Shown here: piece after piece, positions 22,976 to 37,060 of the stretch
How the letters are laid out: each line of letters begins with the position of its first letter
Numbering within the stretch: the first letter of the stretch is position 1
The notes under the pieces: generated by a model
Database searches by the model: none
Told to the model about the DNA's origin: nothing
Seen by the model: the letters and a program-made list of their open reading frames with translations, nothing else
Program-made: the position numbers and the translations under genes
Assembly (NCBI RefSeq): GCF_018977255.1
Contig: NW_024704743.1
Location: 95,854,001-95,918,000, forward strand
Reading direction: 5' to 3'
Source: Callorhinchus milii
Lineage: Eukaryota
Length of the DNA stretch: 64,000 bases

Positions 22976-25900
22976 CCATATTTGTTTGATTACTCCAGCT
23001 GCTTGAATCATTCTCGTACGTGGAGATAAGTTTTCAAGAGAACTAACGAGAAACCACAGTTGCACGCAGTGTCAGTGACAATACAGTAAATCATTAAAAT
23101 AGTCATATTTCCACAGTGGCTGTAAAGTTTTGCATTTCATCAAGCATTCTGTTCTGAGTTCTTTGTGGCTTCTCACGATGGTTAAGCTCAAGGTTGTATT
23201 TAACCAAAAATGGAAACAATGTGACATCAAACACCGGCAGTTACTAAAATAATCCTATTGAAAGGTTGTCGTGCTGTCCGTGATGTGGTGGCAGTGTAAT
23301 GCGGTTCTGTATACAACTCTATAGACGTGCTAAACTGCATATAGTATTTGCTGAGTTCATCTAAAATCCAAGGTTAAAAGTCCACACACTGAGCAAAACT
23401 TAGCTCAGACAAGATTAGCTGAGAAGGATTTATTCTGGAAATGACACATACCTGGTGTCATTCTCAAAGATCTATCACTGAAACTAGCTGCTCCCTGAGT
23501 CATTACACTAACTATTATAATAATAATCCTTGCGTTCGATATAGCACCTTATTACGTCATTAAGACCTCTCAAAGTTCTTCGCAAGATATATTGTACAGA
23601 GGTGTGCCTGTATTTTGTGGGCAAACATAGCAGTGAAAATGCACATATCAACGTCCCACAAAGGACCATGGAGAAAATAACCAATTTTATTTGGAGGATT
23701 GTTGGCCAGGACACCAGGATCTTTAACATCTATCTGAACAAGCAGACAATGCCTCGGTTTAATGTTTACAAAGAATGGCAACTCCTACAATGTAGCACAT
23801 CTCCAGTTCAGCATCGGAGTGTCAGCCTGCACTATATGGGATCCAAGTCCCGATACGGGGCTTGAACCCATAGCCTTCTGACTCACAAGTGAGAGTGCTA
23901 CCAACTGGGCCAGACTAACACTGTAACACTGTAATTCAACTAATACTGTTTCTTTTTGAGGAGAATTGGTAAAAATCATAATTACCCACAAAGCAAGACC
24001 ATATTAGACTCCATAACTTCAGTGATGCTTCACTGACCAACTCCAGTTTTGAAATTTAGTTATTTACGTGTCTGCACCACAGAGCTGTTTTTCATATTTT
24101 TATACTGAGCAATATGTGACATAAATCCTGTTGACATTGCTTCAAATCTCTGCAGTGGTGTGCCGGTGGTGTCCATAGTACCTGTTGCTATGATCCTCTA
24201 GGGTGTAATCATTCTCAATGTAATGTGGGCAGTTTGCTGGTTGAATGTATAACTTCCTTTTTTCTGTGTATGCTGTGTAAGCAGGGCAAAACCTTGGGCA
24301 AGTTTCCTTACTCCACACGCCTAATAATAATACCTCCAAAACAAAAACAATCATAAATTGGTCATTTTCAATCCACGACTGTTTGTGGGACATTGCTGTG
24401 CGTAATTGGCTGCTGCGTTTCGCCCACAAATATACAGTCAATTCACTTTACAGTATATTCTGTGAAGCGTTTTGAGACGTCTAGAAGACTTGAAAAGCGC
24501 TATATCAAATGCAAGGATTATTATTATTATTACAGACCTGTGTCATTTCTGAAAACCTTGTCAAAACTGAGGGAAACTTACCCTTACTACTTGTGTGTTG
24601 CAACCTCTGAGTCATTCTGCTTTCAAAGCAGGGTAGTCAATACAACTCTTTCAACAGTGTTAAGAGCCTTTGTACAGTTGGAATAGTAGCTCTAGATATT
24701 GCTAGAGAAGTCAGTACAGTTTAATCTCTTAAATCCATTGCAAATTCCCTTGGAGCAACTTCTCTCTTTGTTTAGTTCATGTATTTATCCTGGGGTTAAT
24801 CACCATTGTAAGGTTCACCAGGAAAAGACTTTACCCAATACAGGTGGTGTGAATTACAGATCTTTTAATATCATATACAATTTAAAGGTTAATACTTCAA
24901 CACATACAAATATTATTTCACTAATTTACATTGAAGCAGTAAGATTGAAGAAACCCGATATTACCCCGATCTCAGTTTAACGTCTTATCCGAAGGACGGC
25001 ACTTGTGACAATGCAACAGCCCCCAGCACTGCATTAGAGCATCAGTGTAGATTATGTGATTCCAAGTCCCAGTGTGGGACTTGAACCCATAATCTTCTGA
25101 CTTAAAGATGAGAGTGGATATCACTGAGCCACATTGACAGCATAGATGCTAATGTAGGATAGCCTCCTTCTGTATTGCAAATGTTTTACAATATATTATG
25201 ATATATTCTATATTATCCACGAGGATTATAATTTTGTTTTCCTATTAAGAGATATCTCCTTCCTTTCTCCTCACTTCATCTTTTTCTACATATCATTCTC
25301 ATGTATACACCATATTGAGTGTTTTTGGTAAATGTGTTTGGCTAAACCCCAATGCTCCAAGCCCCCTTGTCAACATGTGCAAGCAAGGTGTGTCTCTCCT
25401 GGAACGAGTACGCATTCTTTTCCAGATACGGAAATTTCCATGTGAATGTGGCACCCTCTAACATGCAGGGATTTCTAAAATCCCATTAGAATGAAAAATA
25501 AAAATAATCATCAGAATGCAAATAGATTCCTTGATTTTATGTCCAGTGGATCGAAAGTCTTGTTAAACTTATATAAAACGTTGGTTAGATATGCATTTGG
25601 ACATCTCTGCACCGGCATCAGTGGTTGAGCCTTCAGCCATTTTGTCTGTGCTCTCCCTCCTCCTTGTACACTCTCTCGCTGCCTTCAAAACCCGCCTAAT
25701 AACTAACTTTTCAACAGCGCTTAGAACGACCTTTCACCCTACCACCCCCTCCTTAACTCCCCCAGCTCAGGCTCCCAGTCAGTTGTGTGATGTGCTTTGA
25801 GAGATGCTCCTGACATGAAAGACACAATAAAAATGTAATTGCTGTTGCTGTGTGTTTTATGAGTAATATATTTTGCCCCCTGATAAACAAGCTTTCCTTT

Positions 25901-26902
25901 CACTGGTATTCAAGAGTGAACTTGAAACTGAGTATCTTGTGAAACTAAATGTTGGTTATCCTGAAATCATTCAGTGCCACACCTTCCACCTTCAAACAAA
26001 ATAGCAAATCATTAATATGTCTGTAACATATTAATGAGGCATTTATATTGCATTACATCGACCTTTGACGACTTCACAATCAGTCTTGAGTGGCTGATTT
26101 AAAAAAGGTATTAGACTGATAAAACTGTGAGCAAAAGGCTGACTGATAGAGAGCATTGGAAATTATAGCACAATCCCACTGCCTTCTAGGTCTGTAGATG
26201 GAGATCTGCTCTTTGTTTCACATTGTTATATTTGATAATCCAGAAAATGGTAGGACTTACCTGTAAAAATATTTCCACGGTTTTGCGCAATCTTCACCCG
26301 TAAAACCAAAACCAGATTGCACAAAACTGGGAAATTCTTAAAAGTTGGTCTTAATTTAGAAATTGATTTTTTTCAAAGAGTAGCTGGAAAGAGGCCTTCA
26401 AAATGAAGACAGAATTTTTGACAATTGTGAACTGTTAGTTTAGGACAACAGGCCAAGGCTAAGTGGAATTCCATGCCAGTAATTTTCAGTATATTTGGGT
26501 GGGGCTGGGAAAAAGTAATGATTGTTAACACCAGATCAATAAAAATAGGCGCGTACAAAACTGTTCAGTCAAACAAGCAATTACAAGAAATTATAAATTT
26601 ATAATGTTGGACAATGACGGAGGGGTGAAAGTGCAAGCAGTTTAATGAAGCAAACAGTAACTGGTTCTTAACAAAAGCTGTGAGGCAGAACATGAGCAGC
26701 TGTTCACTTAGTATTTAGCAGTTGCACCAGAACCATCACCTGTCGGTCAACCGTCACCAGTAAACCTTCTGTTTAATACTGCAATTAAAGCCAAAGCCAA
26801 GAGTAGTGATACTGTGAAGGACTTTGAAACAGAAAATTTTTACAGTTATAAGAGGAAGGAGGTTTATCGGGGGAGGAGGAAGGTATGATAACAAGTTAAT
26901 AT

Positions 26903-28125
26903 GACAACAACTACAAAATTATATTTGTATAGTGTCTTTCATGTTCCAAGGCACTAGGCAATCAATGTTTCGGACCCGAGCTGGGGGTCAGGAGTGGGGA
27001 GGGTGGGGAAGCAGGGTGATCGAAAGCATGGTCAAAGAAGAGGGTCCTGAGATAGGTCTTGAAGGGCGCAAGGGAAGGGGCGAGGCGGAGGGACTTTGGG
27101 ATGGAGTTCCAGAGGGTAGGAGCAGAGTGGCAGAAGGTCCGACCGCCAATGGAGTAGGCAAGGCGGGGGACGTGAAGCAGGCCGGAGCCCACTGAACAGA
27201 GAGAGCGGGCAGGATGGAAGGGGGCTAGGAGGTCAAGGAGATAGGTGTGAGCAAGGCCATGGAGGGCTTTGAAGGTGAGGACCAGGATCTTGAACAGTAT
27301 CCTCTGTGTGATGCAAAGTTAGTGGAGTCTGGCGAGGATGGGGGTGATAGGGTCATGGAACCTGGTGTGAGAGAGGACATGGGCTGCAGAGTTCTGGATG
27401 ATCTGCAGCCTGTGGAGAGAGGAGTTGAGGAGGCCAACAAGCAAGGAGTTTGCATAGTTGAGCCTCGATGTTATGAATGTGTGTATGAGGGTTTCGGCGG
27501 CCTGCAGTGTGAGATAGCGGCGGATCCGGGCAACGTTGTGGAGGTGCGGGAAGGCACAGCGAGTAATGGCACAGATTTGGGGTAGAAAGGATAGTTGAGG
27601 GTCAAACAAGATGCCAAGGTTCCGGACTGGCCATGAAGGTTTAGGTGAGCGGAAAAGTGGTGGATGAGGATGAGGGCAGAGTAGCAGAAGGCGGCGTCGA
27701 AAGCAGCAGAGAGATCAAGGAGGACGAGGAGGCAGAGGGAGCCCGGGTCACAGGTGGACAGAATGTCATTTGTCACTTTGATGAGGGCTGTTTCTGTGCT
27801 TGGGCGGCACGGAAACCCGATTGGAGGGGTTCGTGAAGGTTGTGGCGGGAGAGGAAGGAGCAAAGCTGGGAAACAATGACTCGTTCCAGGACCTTGGAGA
27901 GGAAAGGGAAGTTGGAGATAGGGCGGTAATTTGAGAGCAGGGATGGGTCCAGGTTTTTTTCAAAGGATAGGAGTGATGACGGCCGTTGTTAAAGGGGTGG
28001 GAACTTTACCAGTGGGCAGGGAGAGGTTTTTGGTGTCTGTGAGTAGAGGAGCAAGGAGGAGGAGCTGGGAGGTAAGGAGAGGGGTAGAAATGGGGATGAG
28101 GGAGCAGATGGTCAGTTTCATGTGG
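26903..28125 (-). mobile_element. L2-clade LINE with internal deletion
   Basis: RT motifs STETALIKVTNDIL and LLVLLDLSAAFD, then a jump to the C-terminal SRLNYANSLL region and the tail. Confidence 0.9.
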
Positions 28126-28616
28126 CCATACCACATACCACATTTCTTCCCCCAATATGTGAAAAATGATAAAATAAAATGGGAAAACAATACAAGAAGA
28201 GAAAAATTAATGTTTAAAAGATTTAAGGAGTGAAAAGAAGAATATTAACAACTGATCATATCAGTTAGCTCATTGAGAGGGTATAGGCTGAGCAGCAAAA
28301 ACAGGAAAACAAATAGTAACAAAATTTATCTATTGTAATAATAATCCTTGCATGTAACATAGCACCTTTCATGTCAGGAATAGACATCTCATTGAGCTTC
28401 ACAGGATTTACTGAAAGGTGCAGTGATTGTGTATTTTGTAGACAAATGCAGCAGCCAGTTGGTGCATAAAGTGAATGATCAATTTCATCTGCAGATTGTT
28501 GGGCAGGGAACTCACAGTATATTGCGTGAAGTGTTTTGAGACATCTCGAAGACATGAAAAGCACTATATTAAATTCAAAGATTATTTATTATTATAAACC
28601 TTATTCCTTTCAAGAT

Positions 28617-28929
28617 AATAATAATAATCCTTCATTTGATATAGCGCTTTTCATGTCTTCTAGATGTCCCAAAGCGCTTCACAGAATATACTGTAAAGTG
28701 AATTGACTGTATATTTGTGGACGAACGCGGCAGCCAATTGCGCACAGCAGCGTCCCACAAACAGTCATGGATTGAAAATGACCAATTTATTATTGTTTTC
28801 CTTTTTGGAGGGATTATTATTAGGCGTGTGGAAGTAAAGAAACTTGCCCAAGGTTTCGCCCTGCCTGGAATTGAACTCAGGTCTCTCGCTTGCAAAGCGA
28901 GTGCCCTAACCACTGAGCTACAGGACTCC
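28617..28929 (-). mobile_element. Young SINE
   Basis: Full-length, same family. Confidence 0.9.
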
Positions 28930-29380
28930 AAGATACCAATGAAATACTCTCGAGGTAGTACGATGGTGGTGCAGACATTATAATTGTTGTTTTGCAATAG
29001 GTTTTCAGGTGGTTAAAGGCATCAGTCAAAAGTGGATGGAGGCCATAAACTCTAGATGGACAGCAAATCAGATATCTGAAGCTTTAACAACTGAGTAAGA
29101 GAGGACAGCAGACACAGTTGCCAATTTTGACCAATCCTCAAAGTGGCAATTAAAGTCAATGAACAGCCTTTAAGTGCATTTAAGGTAGAAGTTTACATTT
29201 TGTCAATTGCAATTTGCCAAGTAGGTGAAAGCAGAATTAACAACAAATTGAGAAAAGCACATTATGAGCTTAAAATCATCCTCTCCTTGAGAACTACATT
29301 TAAATACTAGCTCTGGAGGGCATCCAGCATCAATTTACCCAGGATGAAGGGCGTTTAGCTATAAAAGGCAAAGCAAACTT

Positions 29381-29540
29381 GAAACAAAAACAGAAGTCAC
29401 CGGGAACACTCAGCAGGTCAGGCAGCATCTATGGAGAAAGGATTGTGAGGCAACGTTTTGAGTCCATGACCCTGAGTGTTCCCAGCAACTTCCGTTTTTG
29501 TTTCAGATTTCCAACTTCTGCAGTATTTTGCATTTTGCTT
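29381..29540. mobile_element. Short inverted PLE pLTR insertion
   Basis: Reverse pLTR end to ...GACCCT, then forward pLTR end GAGTGTTCCCAGCAACTTCC...TTTTGCATTTTG. Confidence 0.75.
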
Positions 29541-29953
29541 GTAAGTAAACTTGTGTCAGATTACCCAGAACTGAATAGGTTAAAAGGTGATGTGATTCAC
29601 GATGTTTAAAATAAGGAAGTGAATTATCAAGTCAGCAAGATCTTTATGAGAGCTAAATCGGTTAGAAAGCAATCCAAAGACATTTTGTTCACAGAAACTG
29701 TCAAAGAAAACCCTAGCCAGTTATGGATACATCATTCTTTACCACCTGCTCCATTAAGAGATAGTACAGAGGAACAGGAAGGGGTCACTCTGTCCACAGA
29801 AATCCATTCAGATTTTCAGGACTGAGGTGGATAGATATTTGTTGGGGATATGGGGCATGGGTAGGTAATTGGAGTTGAAGTACAGTTCAGCCATGATCTT
29901 ATAGATTGGCGGAATAGGCTACTCCTATCCTATGTTCCACCAGTTTATTCCGT

Positions 29954-30272
29954 GGAGTCCTGTAGCTCAGTGGTTAGACCACTCGCTTTGCAAGTGAGAG
30001 ACCTGAGTTCAATTCCAGGCAGGGCGAAACCTTGGGCAAGTTTCCTTACTCCACACGCCTAATAATAATCCCTCCAAAACCAAAAACAATAATTAAATTG
30101 GTCATTTTCAATCTACGACTGTTTGTGGGACATTGCTGTGCGCAATTGGCTGCCGCGTTCGCCCACAAATATACAGTCAATTCACTTTACAGTGTGTTCT
30201 GTGAAGTGCTTTGGGACGTCCTCCTGACGTGAAAAGCGCTATATCAAATGCAAGGATTATTATTATTATTAT
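29954..30272 (+). mobile_element. Young SINE
   Basis: Full-length, same family. Confidence 0.9.
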
Positions 30273-31852
30273 TCCTTCATCGCAGATTGTTTCAAAATTA
30301 AATTTTCCCTCCAATTTTCTCAGTTCCTGATGCCTCATGATTGTCGGTAGGGTACACAAGCAATAAAAATGACAGATTGAACCGAAAGTCATGTTGTGTA
30401 AAATGTAAAGAAAACATCCGATGCCTGTCACTTTGTTGGCAGTCAGGGGAGGAAGGCCTTTCCATCTAGAACATGCTTCTGTTGCAGTTTAAGCCAGCTG
30501 CTCCATTAACCCTTCATACAGGGGATCAGCTATTTCTGATATACAACTGAAGTCAGACTCATTTTATAATAAATAAATAATCCTCATATTTTACATAGCG
30601 CCTTATCACGTCATTAAGACGTCTCAAAGCGCTTCACAGGATATACTGTAAAGTGGATTGGCGGTGCATTTTGTGGGTGAAACGAGGCAGCCAGTTGCAC
30701 ATAGCAGTGTCCCACAAACAGCCATAGAGTGAGCTACCGATTTAAATTTGGGGGAATTGTTCGCCAGGACTATGGGAGAAACTCCCTTCTCTTTTCAAAT
30801 TTTGACTCCTCATTGCCAAACACCTTTGCAAAATACATTTGCATAAACATTATTTATTGTACAACAAAATCAACAGAAGTGTACTATTCTGTAAAAAAAA
30901 GTTTATTAAATACTTGTATGATGTTACATGAAGAATAATGTTTAAAGTACAAGCATAAAAAAAAGTCCTGCTGAATATCTCAACATTCATAGCAAGTTTT
31001 AAAATGTGACAAACAAATCCAAAACATTAATTAAAAACAGGACTCACAGGCAGCAAATATCATGGAAGAATTTAGTTTTCTATTAATCTTTGGAAAAAGC
31101 CATTTGAAAGCTGATCTAAATAACAAGGAACTAATTTCAGTGACAAGCCTTTCATGTTCACTCAAGAGCAGATTTGTACTTCACTTTTTCAAATTCATGT
31201 GACAATTGAATTAGTTATGAAGTTAATAGAATTTATAATTTGCAAGGCAAATTGGACTATATCGAAACTGATATTTTAGATATTGGAGAAAATCATATTG
31301 TAATAATCATTGTATTTATTATAGCATCTTTCAGATCTGAAGGATGCCTCAAAGCACTTCACGGCATTTACTGTACTGTGTAGTGACTGTGCATTTTGTA
31401 GGCAAATGTGGCAGTCAATTTACATACAGCAATGTCCCACAAACAGCCATGAAAGGAATGAACAATTTTGTCTGGAGGATTAATAGTCAGGACCCTAGTA
31501 GAAACTCCATCCTCTTTTTGAATAGGACTTTAATGTCCACATAAACAGGGATGAGTCTCATCCAAAAAGCGGCACGTCCAACAATGTAGAATTGTTAATA
31601 GCGATAAAAAATAAAATAAATTCAAACTAAATACTTCCCATGGCTGGAAGTGATCTGTGACCACATTGAGAATATTTCTGGTGATTACTTATGCCTGGAG
31701 CGGGAAGCAGAGGGTTAATCTATTACTACGATTAGACAGAAATGATTAGGTGCTCGTCAATTCTGGGGTCTAATTTGCAGCATTTCTCATTTGACATTCC
31801 TTAAGACAAAATCCAAGTCATGCAATGGGAGTTCCATCCAATAACTGGAAAA

Positions 31853-32230
31853 ATAATAATCCTTGCATTTGATATAATACCCTTTCACGTCGTTGAAACA
31901 TCTCAAAGCACTTCACAAAATATATTGTAAAGTGACTGTATTTTGGGTATTGACTGTATATTTTGTGGGCAAAACACGGCAGCCAATTGCGCACAGCAGT
32001 ATCCCACAAAGAGTCGTGAATTGAATGACCAACATTTTTATTTTTTTGGAGGAATTATTACCCCTGAAAGCAATCTGCCAATCGATTAATAACCAGGTTC
32101 CTACTAACTGCTTAGGTAAACAGGCGTGTGGAATAAGGAAACTTGCCTAAGGTTTTGCCCCACCTGGGAATCAAACCTAGGTCCTCTCACTTGCGAGGCG
32201 AGGGCTCTAACCACTATACTACTGGACTCC
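31853..32230 (-). mobile_element. SINE, long subfamily
   Basis: Carries the extra CTGTTTACCTA..GTAGGAACC..GTT segment. Confidence 0.85.
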
Positions 32231-33478
32231 ATGTCAAACTGACCCAAGAGAACTTCAGGACCATGATCTATTTCCAGAGAAATATCTGGGTCAACTGGAA
32301 TTTGTTCCCTATTAAATAATTTCATTCAGAAACACCACAAATCAACCCCCAACATCTCAAAACTCCAAATCATTGGTTCCCACAAATCCTCAGAGAGTCA
32401 CACCATCAGAATTTTTTTTAAAACTTGTTCAAAATACAAAACACAAATAAAATACTGAGGATACTACCATTTAATGTTTCATTAACCAATTAATAAACTA
32501 CATTATTTTGCTTGAAAGTCGAATATTCTAAGTAGAAACCTACAAAATAAATACAAAGTTATACAAACATTTTGTTAAAAAAAATTCATAATAAATACAC
32601 AGAATCTGTCTGGAAAAAATAGAGAAATATTTAGTCATGTCATGAAAAAGTAGAGTTAATTAAAAGATACAATTCATTCAATTAAGAAAGACTTCAGGAA
32701 TGTCTTGCTCAATATTAATATTGAAGGGCTGCATAGAGTTACAAGGACCATAAATGTATGTGGAAACGCCTGAATGCATACAGATGTCTGCATCCATTTT
32801 ATTGGCAGTTAGTTGGGTCAGGGACACAATGAAGAAAGCAGTTTCATCATGTCCTCCGTTCCTACCCCTCCAATTCCTCATACTAAGTTCCAAATTTTAG
32901 TCCGCCCAGCAACTGTAGGCATTGCGTACTAGTTGCCATGCCCAGTGGTTACTTACAGACCAACAAAGTTACAGAGCTCGGAACAAACCCCTGACTAAGT
33001 GAGCTTCGGTGTATAGTGCATACATATATAAAACTCTATGTGATGAAAAACAAGACATTTTCAGCCAAAGAACCTAGACCATGTGAATGGCATGACAGAA
33101 CTCAAACAAGCACATGTATTAAGAACACCAATTTCCATTTTAACATTTTCACCTGAGGCACCTTAGAGAGTACCAACAGTAAATCTTCAGCCTTGTGCAT
33201 TGGTGTGTGACTTTTAAAGGCATCAGTTAGTGACATTTTTAAAATGAAGTAATAATAGTTAAAAAGGGTGAGATGCATGTAAATAAGCCATTCGGCCCAA
33301 TTGGTCTGTGCTGGTGTTTATACTGCTAAAATCGCTGTTCCCTTCTACATCAAGCTTTCTATTAAATACATTGATGCTCGATAAAAAATTGCATTCACAC
33401 GTGACAGCACAGTTCACTGTTTGAAGCTGTTGTGACATCTATTGTTTGAACAAACAAAATGTTAGAACATTATGAGCA

Positions 33479-33479
33479 C

Positions 33480-33516
<37 letters not shown>

Positions 33517-33520
33517 AACA
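33479..33520. repeat. (TC)n(AC)n compound microsatellite downstream of the GEM stop codon
   Basis: Seen directly. Confidence 0.9.
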
Positions 33521-33975
33521 GATGCCAGTGCATTTGATCTTAAACATATGTGGCTATCAGAATCTGGCGCTGCTCAAGCAGTGACTGGATGCCATGCATT
33601 CACCCAGTCCCTTTAAATCACTGTTTCGTGTCTTAAGAGTAATGAATCATTTTCTTTATGATATGATCATCATAAGTTGGGAAAACCCTTTAACTTTAGA
33701 ATTGACACCCTCTTCCTGCACACATCTCTGGAAAATGCAACTCTAAACCAGCCCTCACATTAATAGCTGTGCCAGTGAGTCATAATAAAGTTTCTTCACT
33801 GACAAATAACTGGAGTAATTCACTGACGAAGAGAGTTGTGCTACTCCCAGGTTGAACACTTTTGTAAACCAATTGTGATCAATACATAGCAATCTAATAT
33901 AGATTGTTTAACCCAAGTCTCAGTGTAATAAAAAAAGTCTGATAATTTAACAGTTTGTCTGGCGATCTACAGTTC

Positions 33976-34253
33976 TTAGAGTACGGAAAGGTCGTGGCAG
34001 GATTTTGATCTGACTTTATAAGCCATCTTCTTGTTCTTCTTTGCAACGAGTTTATCCAAAAATCGCCTGGCTTTCTTGGGCAAGCTTTCTCTCCGTTTGT
34101 ACTGAGCCATTCTCCGTTCGTTCACTTCCTTGCTGTCTCTCCTGAGCCGCACCTGCCGCACAATTCCTTCAAAGAGTTCCTGTACGTTGTGCTGGACAGC
34201 GGCGGAGGTCTCGATGAACTTGCAGTCAAAAACGACAGCACAGGCTCTGCCCT
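33976..34253 (-). CDS. GEM: GEM last coding exon
   Basis: ttggtag|AG GGC...TAA, 278 nt; GRACAVVFDCKFIETSAAVQHNV...KKARRFLDKLVAKKNKKMAYKVRSKSCHDLSVL*, the RGK-family C-terminus. Confidence 0.97.
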
Positions 34254-35449
34254 CTACCAAAGGAAAAACACTTTAATAATAATCCTTGTATTTGATATAG
34301 CACCTAATCGCACTGAAATGCCTCAAAGTGTTTCACAGAGTTTTCTCCAAAGTGCAGTAACTGTATTTGTGGGCGAACCCGGCAGCCAATTTGTGCACAG
34401 CCCAACTTGTTAATCTGGGTGATTGTTGACCAGGACACCATTCTCTAAAAACATCTACCTGAACAGATAAAGGACGGCACCTCCAATAAAGGAAGAGCTA
34501 TCTCCGAGCATTGTTCTGCTGTGTCTGCCCATGAGCTCAAAGTCCCAACCTGGACTCAGAGGTGAGAGTGCTACCAACTAAGCCAAGCAGACACTTTTGT
34601 AAAATAGATTGCAAAGCCATTGAAAAGAGAAGTGCTGATTTTTCATTTAAAAACCTTTGAAAATAGAATTACATAGAACGATAGAGCACAGAAACAGGCC
34701 ATTCTGCTCTAATTTTACCAGTGTTTATATGCCACACGAGTCTTCACCTCTCTGAGTCTCCTCTCTTCCTGCTATTCCCTTCTCCCTCAAATAGGTATCA
34801 AGTTCTCTCTTAAATAAGCCAAAGCTGGTTGCTTCAATCAAAGCTTCCAGTGGTGAAGTCCACATTTTCATCACGCTCTACATGAAGAAGATAGATCTAA
34901 TAGATGTACTTTTAGTTATATTTATGGTAGACAGACACAAGCTTGATTTAATGTCTCATCCAAAAGGCAGCACACCTATGAAATATACAGACCATGAAGG
35001 TTTAAGAACTAGAGCTATTTTGTTGTCGAGAATATAGATAATAGATGTGCAATTTTCTTTTGAAGAACTGTTCCAAACCAAGAATAGTGTGGTGGCAGGA
35101 GAGGTGTAAAAGTTATTGACTATCATGTCACGCCAGGAACCTGGAGGCATATCATGCAAATGGCAGCACCTCTATCTAAACAAACCTAATGTTTCGTTCC
35201 TCTTAGGGAAAGGGAAAGTGCACTGACATGAGAAGTTTGGATAGGGACGACTACACTGCAGCAGATTTCCTGATGACTAGTGACTGTTCGGAGCCTTTAT
35301 CTGTGACCTTTTGGTATTAATAACAGTCCAGACAGGATGAACATATGAGATTCAAGGTTTTCCCGCTTATTTCAGAATACTCAAATTTTCAGACTCTGGA
35401 TCAGAAACATTGATTTTGAATTACAACTTCCAGCGTTCAAACTACGTAA

Positions 35450-35838
35450 TAACAACAACAACAATTGGGATTTATATAGCGCCCTCCTCAGAGCGCTTCA
35501 CAGTAACGGATCCCAGGACTGAGCCAGGGGGAAGGGGAGGAGGGTGACCAAAGGCGCGGTCGAAAAGAAAGGCATTCAGCAGAGACCTGAAAATACGAAG
35601 AGGGGTGAGGCAAAGGGAGTGAGGAAGGGAGTTCCAGAGCCTCGGGGCATAGTGGCTGAAGGCACGACCACCGAGGGTGGAGTGGAGGACTCAGGGCACG
35701 AGGCGGAGGCCAGACCCGGAGGAACGAAGGCAACGGGCACCGTTTTGAGGAGAGAGGAGGTCAGAGAGGTAGGGGGTGCAGAGGAGTGGAGGGATTTGAA
35801 GACAAGGGTGAGGATCCTGAAATCGATCCTCTCTGGGA
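35450..35838 (-). mobile_element. L2 3' fragment (second subfamily) in GEM intron
   Basis: VPERIDFRILTLVFKSLH..., (CAA)n tail; related to 15490-15638 and 50777-51130. Confidence 0.85.
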
Positions 35839-35877
35839 CATAATAAACTAAAAGCACATCCAAGCCATAGAACGTAC

Positions 35878-36082
35878 CTGCCACAGACACTTCTCGACAC
35901 CGTACAAGGTCACTCTTATTGCCCACTAAAATAATCGGAATATCCTCAGCCTGACGCCTTCTTCGGAGCTGTATGCGGAGCTCGGAGGCTTTTTCAAAGC
36001 TTGCTCTGTCAGTGATGGAGTAAACAATGAGGTACGCATCTCCTATCTGCATGCAGTGATCCTGAATCCAGTTATCTTCATC
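35878..36082 (-). CDS. GEM: GEM coding exon 3
   Basis: cccataag|GAT...GCA G|gtac, 205 nt; DEDNWIQDHCMQIGDAYLIVYSITDRASFEKASELRIQLRR...IILVGNKSDLVRCREVSVA (G4 NKSD). Confidence 0.97.
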
Positions 36083-36983
36083 CTTATGGGGGAGAGAAGG
36101 GGAAAAAAGACTGAGTGAGAACCTTGATAAACTTAAGGATGGGTAGTTTTATCAGATGTAATGTTCAGAACAGTAACTGTCCCCCGTTAAAGGCCATTCT
36201 ACCCTGAACTCTTGGCTCCTAGTTTTACAGCAATCTTTGATGGAGATGGTGCAATATTTACCAAGTAAATAAGAGTGTCTTTAAATTTGATCGAGTGTCA
36301 GATCATGTGAAACATCTCAAAGTGCTTCAAAGGTAAAACAATCAAATTAAGTAATTGTGCATTTATAGGCAAATATGCCAGTTGTCTTGTGCCCAGTGAG
36401 ATCACACAAGTACCTCACCAGAACAGGTCAGAAACTCTCGGCATCCATGCAGATATAATTAGAGCTGCTCAAAAGGTGTTTAATAGATCTATAACTGGTA
36501 TTTAAAGCAGATTTGAGCATGTTTATTCCAAGTCGCCCCAATTTGAATTAATAGTCTGGATTGACATTTCAAAGCAATGCTGGGGGGTGCACTGCATTGT
36601 TGGATGTGCTCCTTTTGGATGAGATATCAAACCATGTTCCTGTTCATGTGGATGATAAAGATCCCATGATACTACTCGAAAAGAGAAGGGAGTTTCTCCT
36701 GGTATTCTGGACAACAATCATCCAAATAAGGTCGTTTATTTCATGACTGTTTGTGGGATATTGCTGTATGTAAATTGGCTTCTGCATTCGCCTTCAAATA
36801 CACAAATCACTGCACTACACAATAAATCCTCTGCATTGCTTTCCCGATGTGAAAGGCACTGTATCAAATGCAAGGATTATTGTTATTAGTTTTCAAACAT
36901 AGTATGCATCTTGGTCAGAGAAATTAACCCTACATAACTTAGCACTTAAACTTTCGTTAGAGTTTACAAAATAAATGAAGTAC

Positions 36984-37060
36984 CTTATTTTCCCATGTGT
37001 CCATCACTATAAGGGTGGCACTTTCTCCATCAACAGTGACTGTTCGCTCATAGGTATCTT
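36984..37060 (-). CDS. GEM: GEM coding exon 2
   Basis: ttgtag|AA GAT...AAG|gtac, 77 nt; (E)DTYERTVTVDGESATLIVMDTWENK with RGK DxWEx G3 motif; not in ORF track. Confidence 0.96.

Noticed and set aside
22467..22979. Poly-Tyr/poly-Ile ORFs and recurrent MGKFPYSTRLIII ORFs
   Set aside because: Translations of SINE bodies and (ATT)n tails
25380..26820. Possible enhancer (GGAAATTTCC, clustered E-boxes) between CDH17 and GEM
   Set aside because: Short motifs expected by chance; no conservation data available
30850..32810. GEM poly(A) site
   Set aside because: Several AATAAA candidates on the minus strand (~30855, ~30905, ~32800); cannot choose without transcript data
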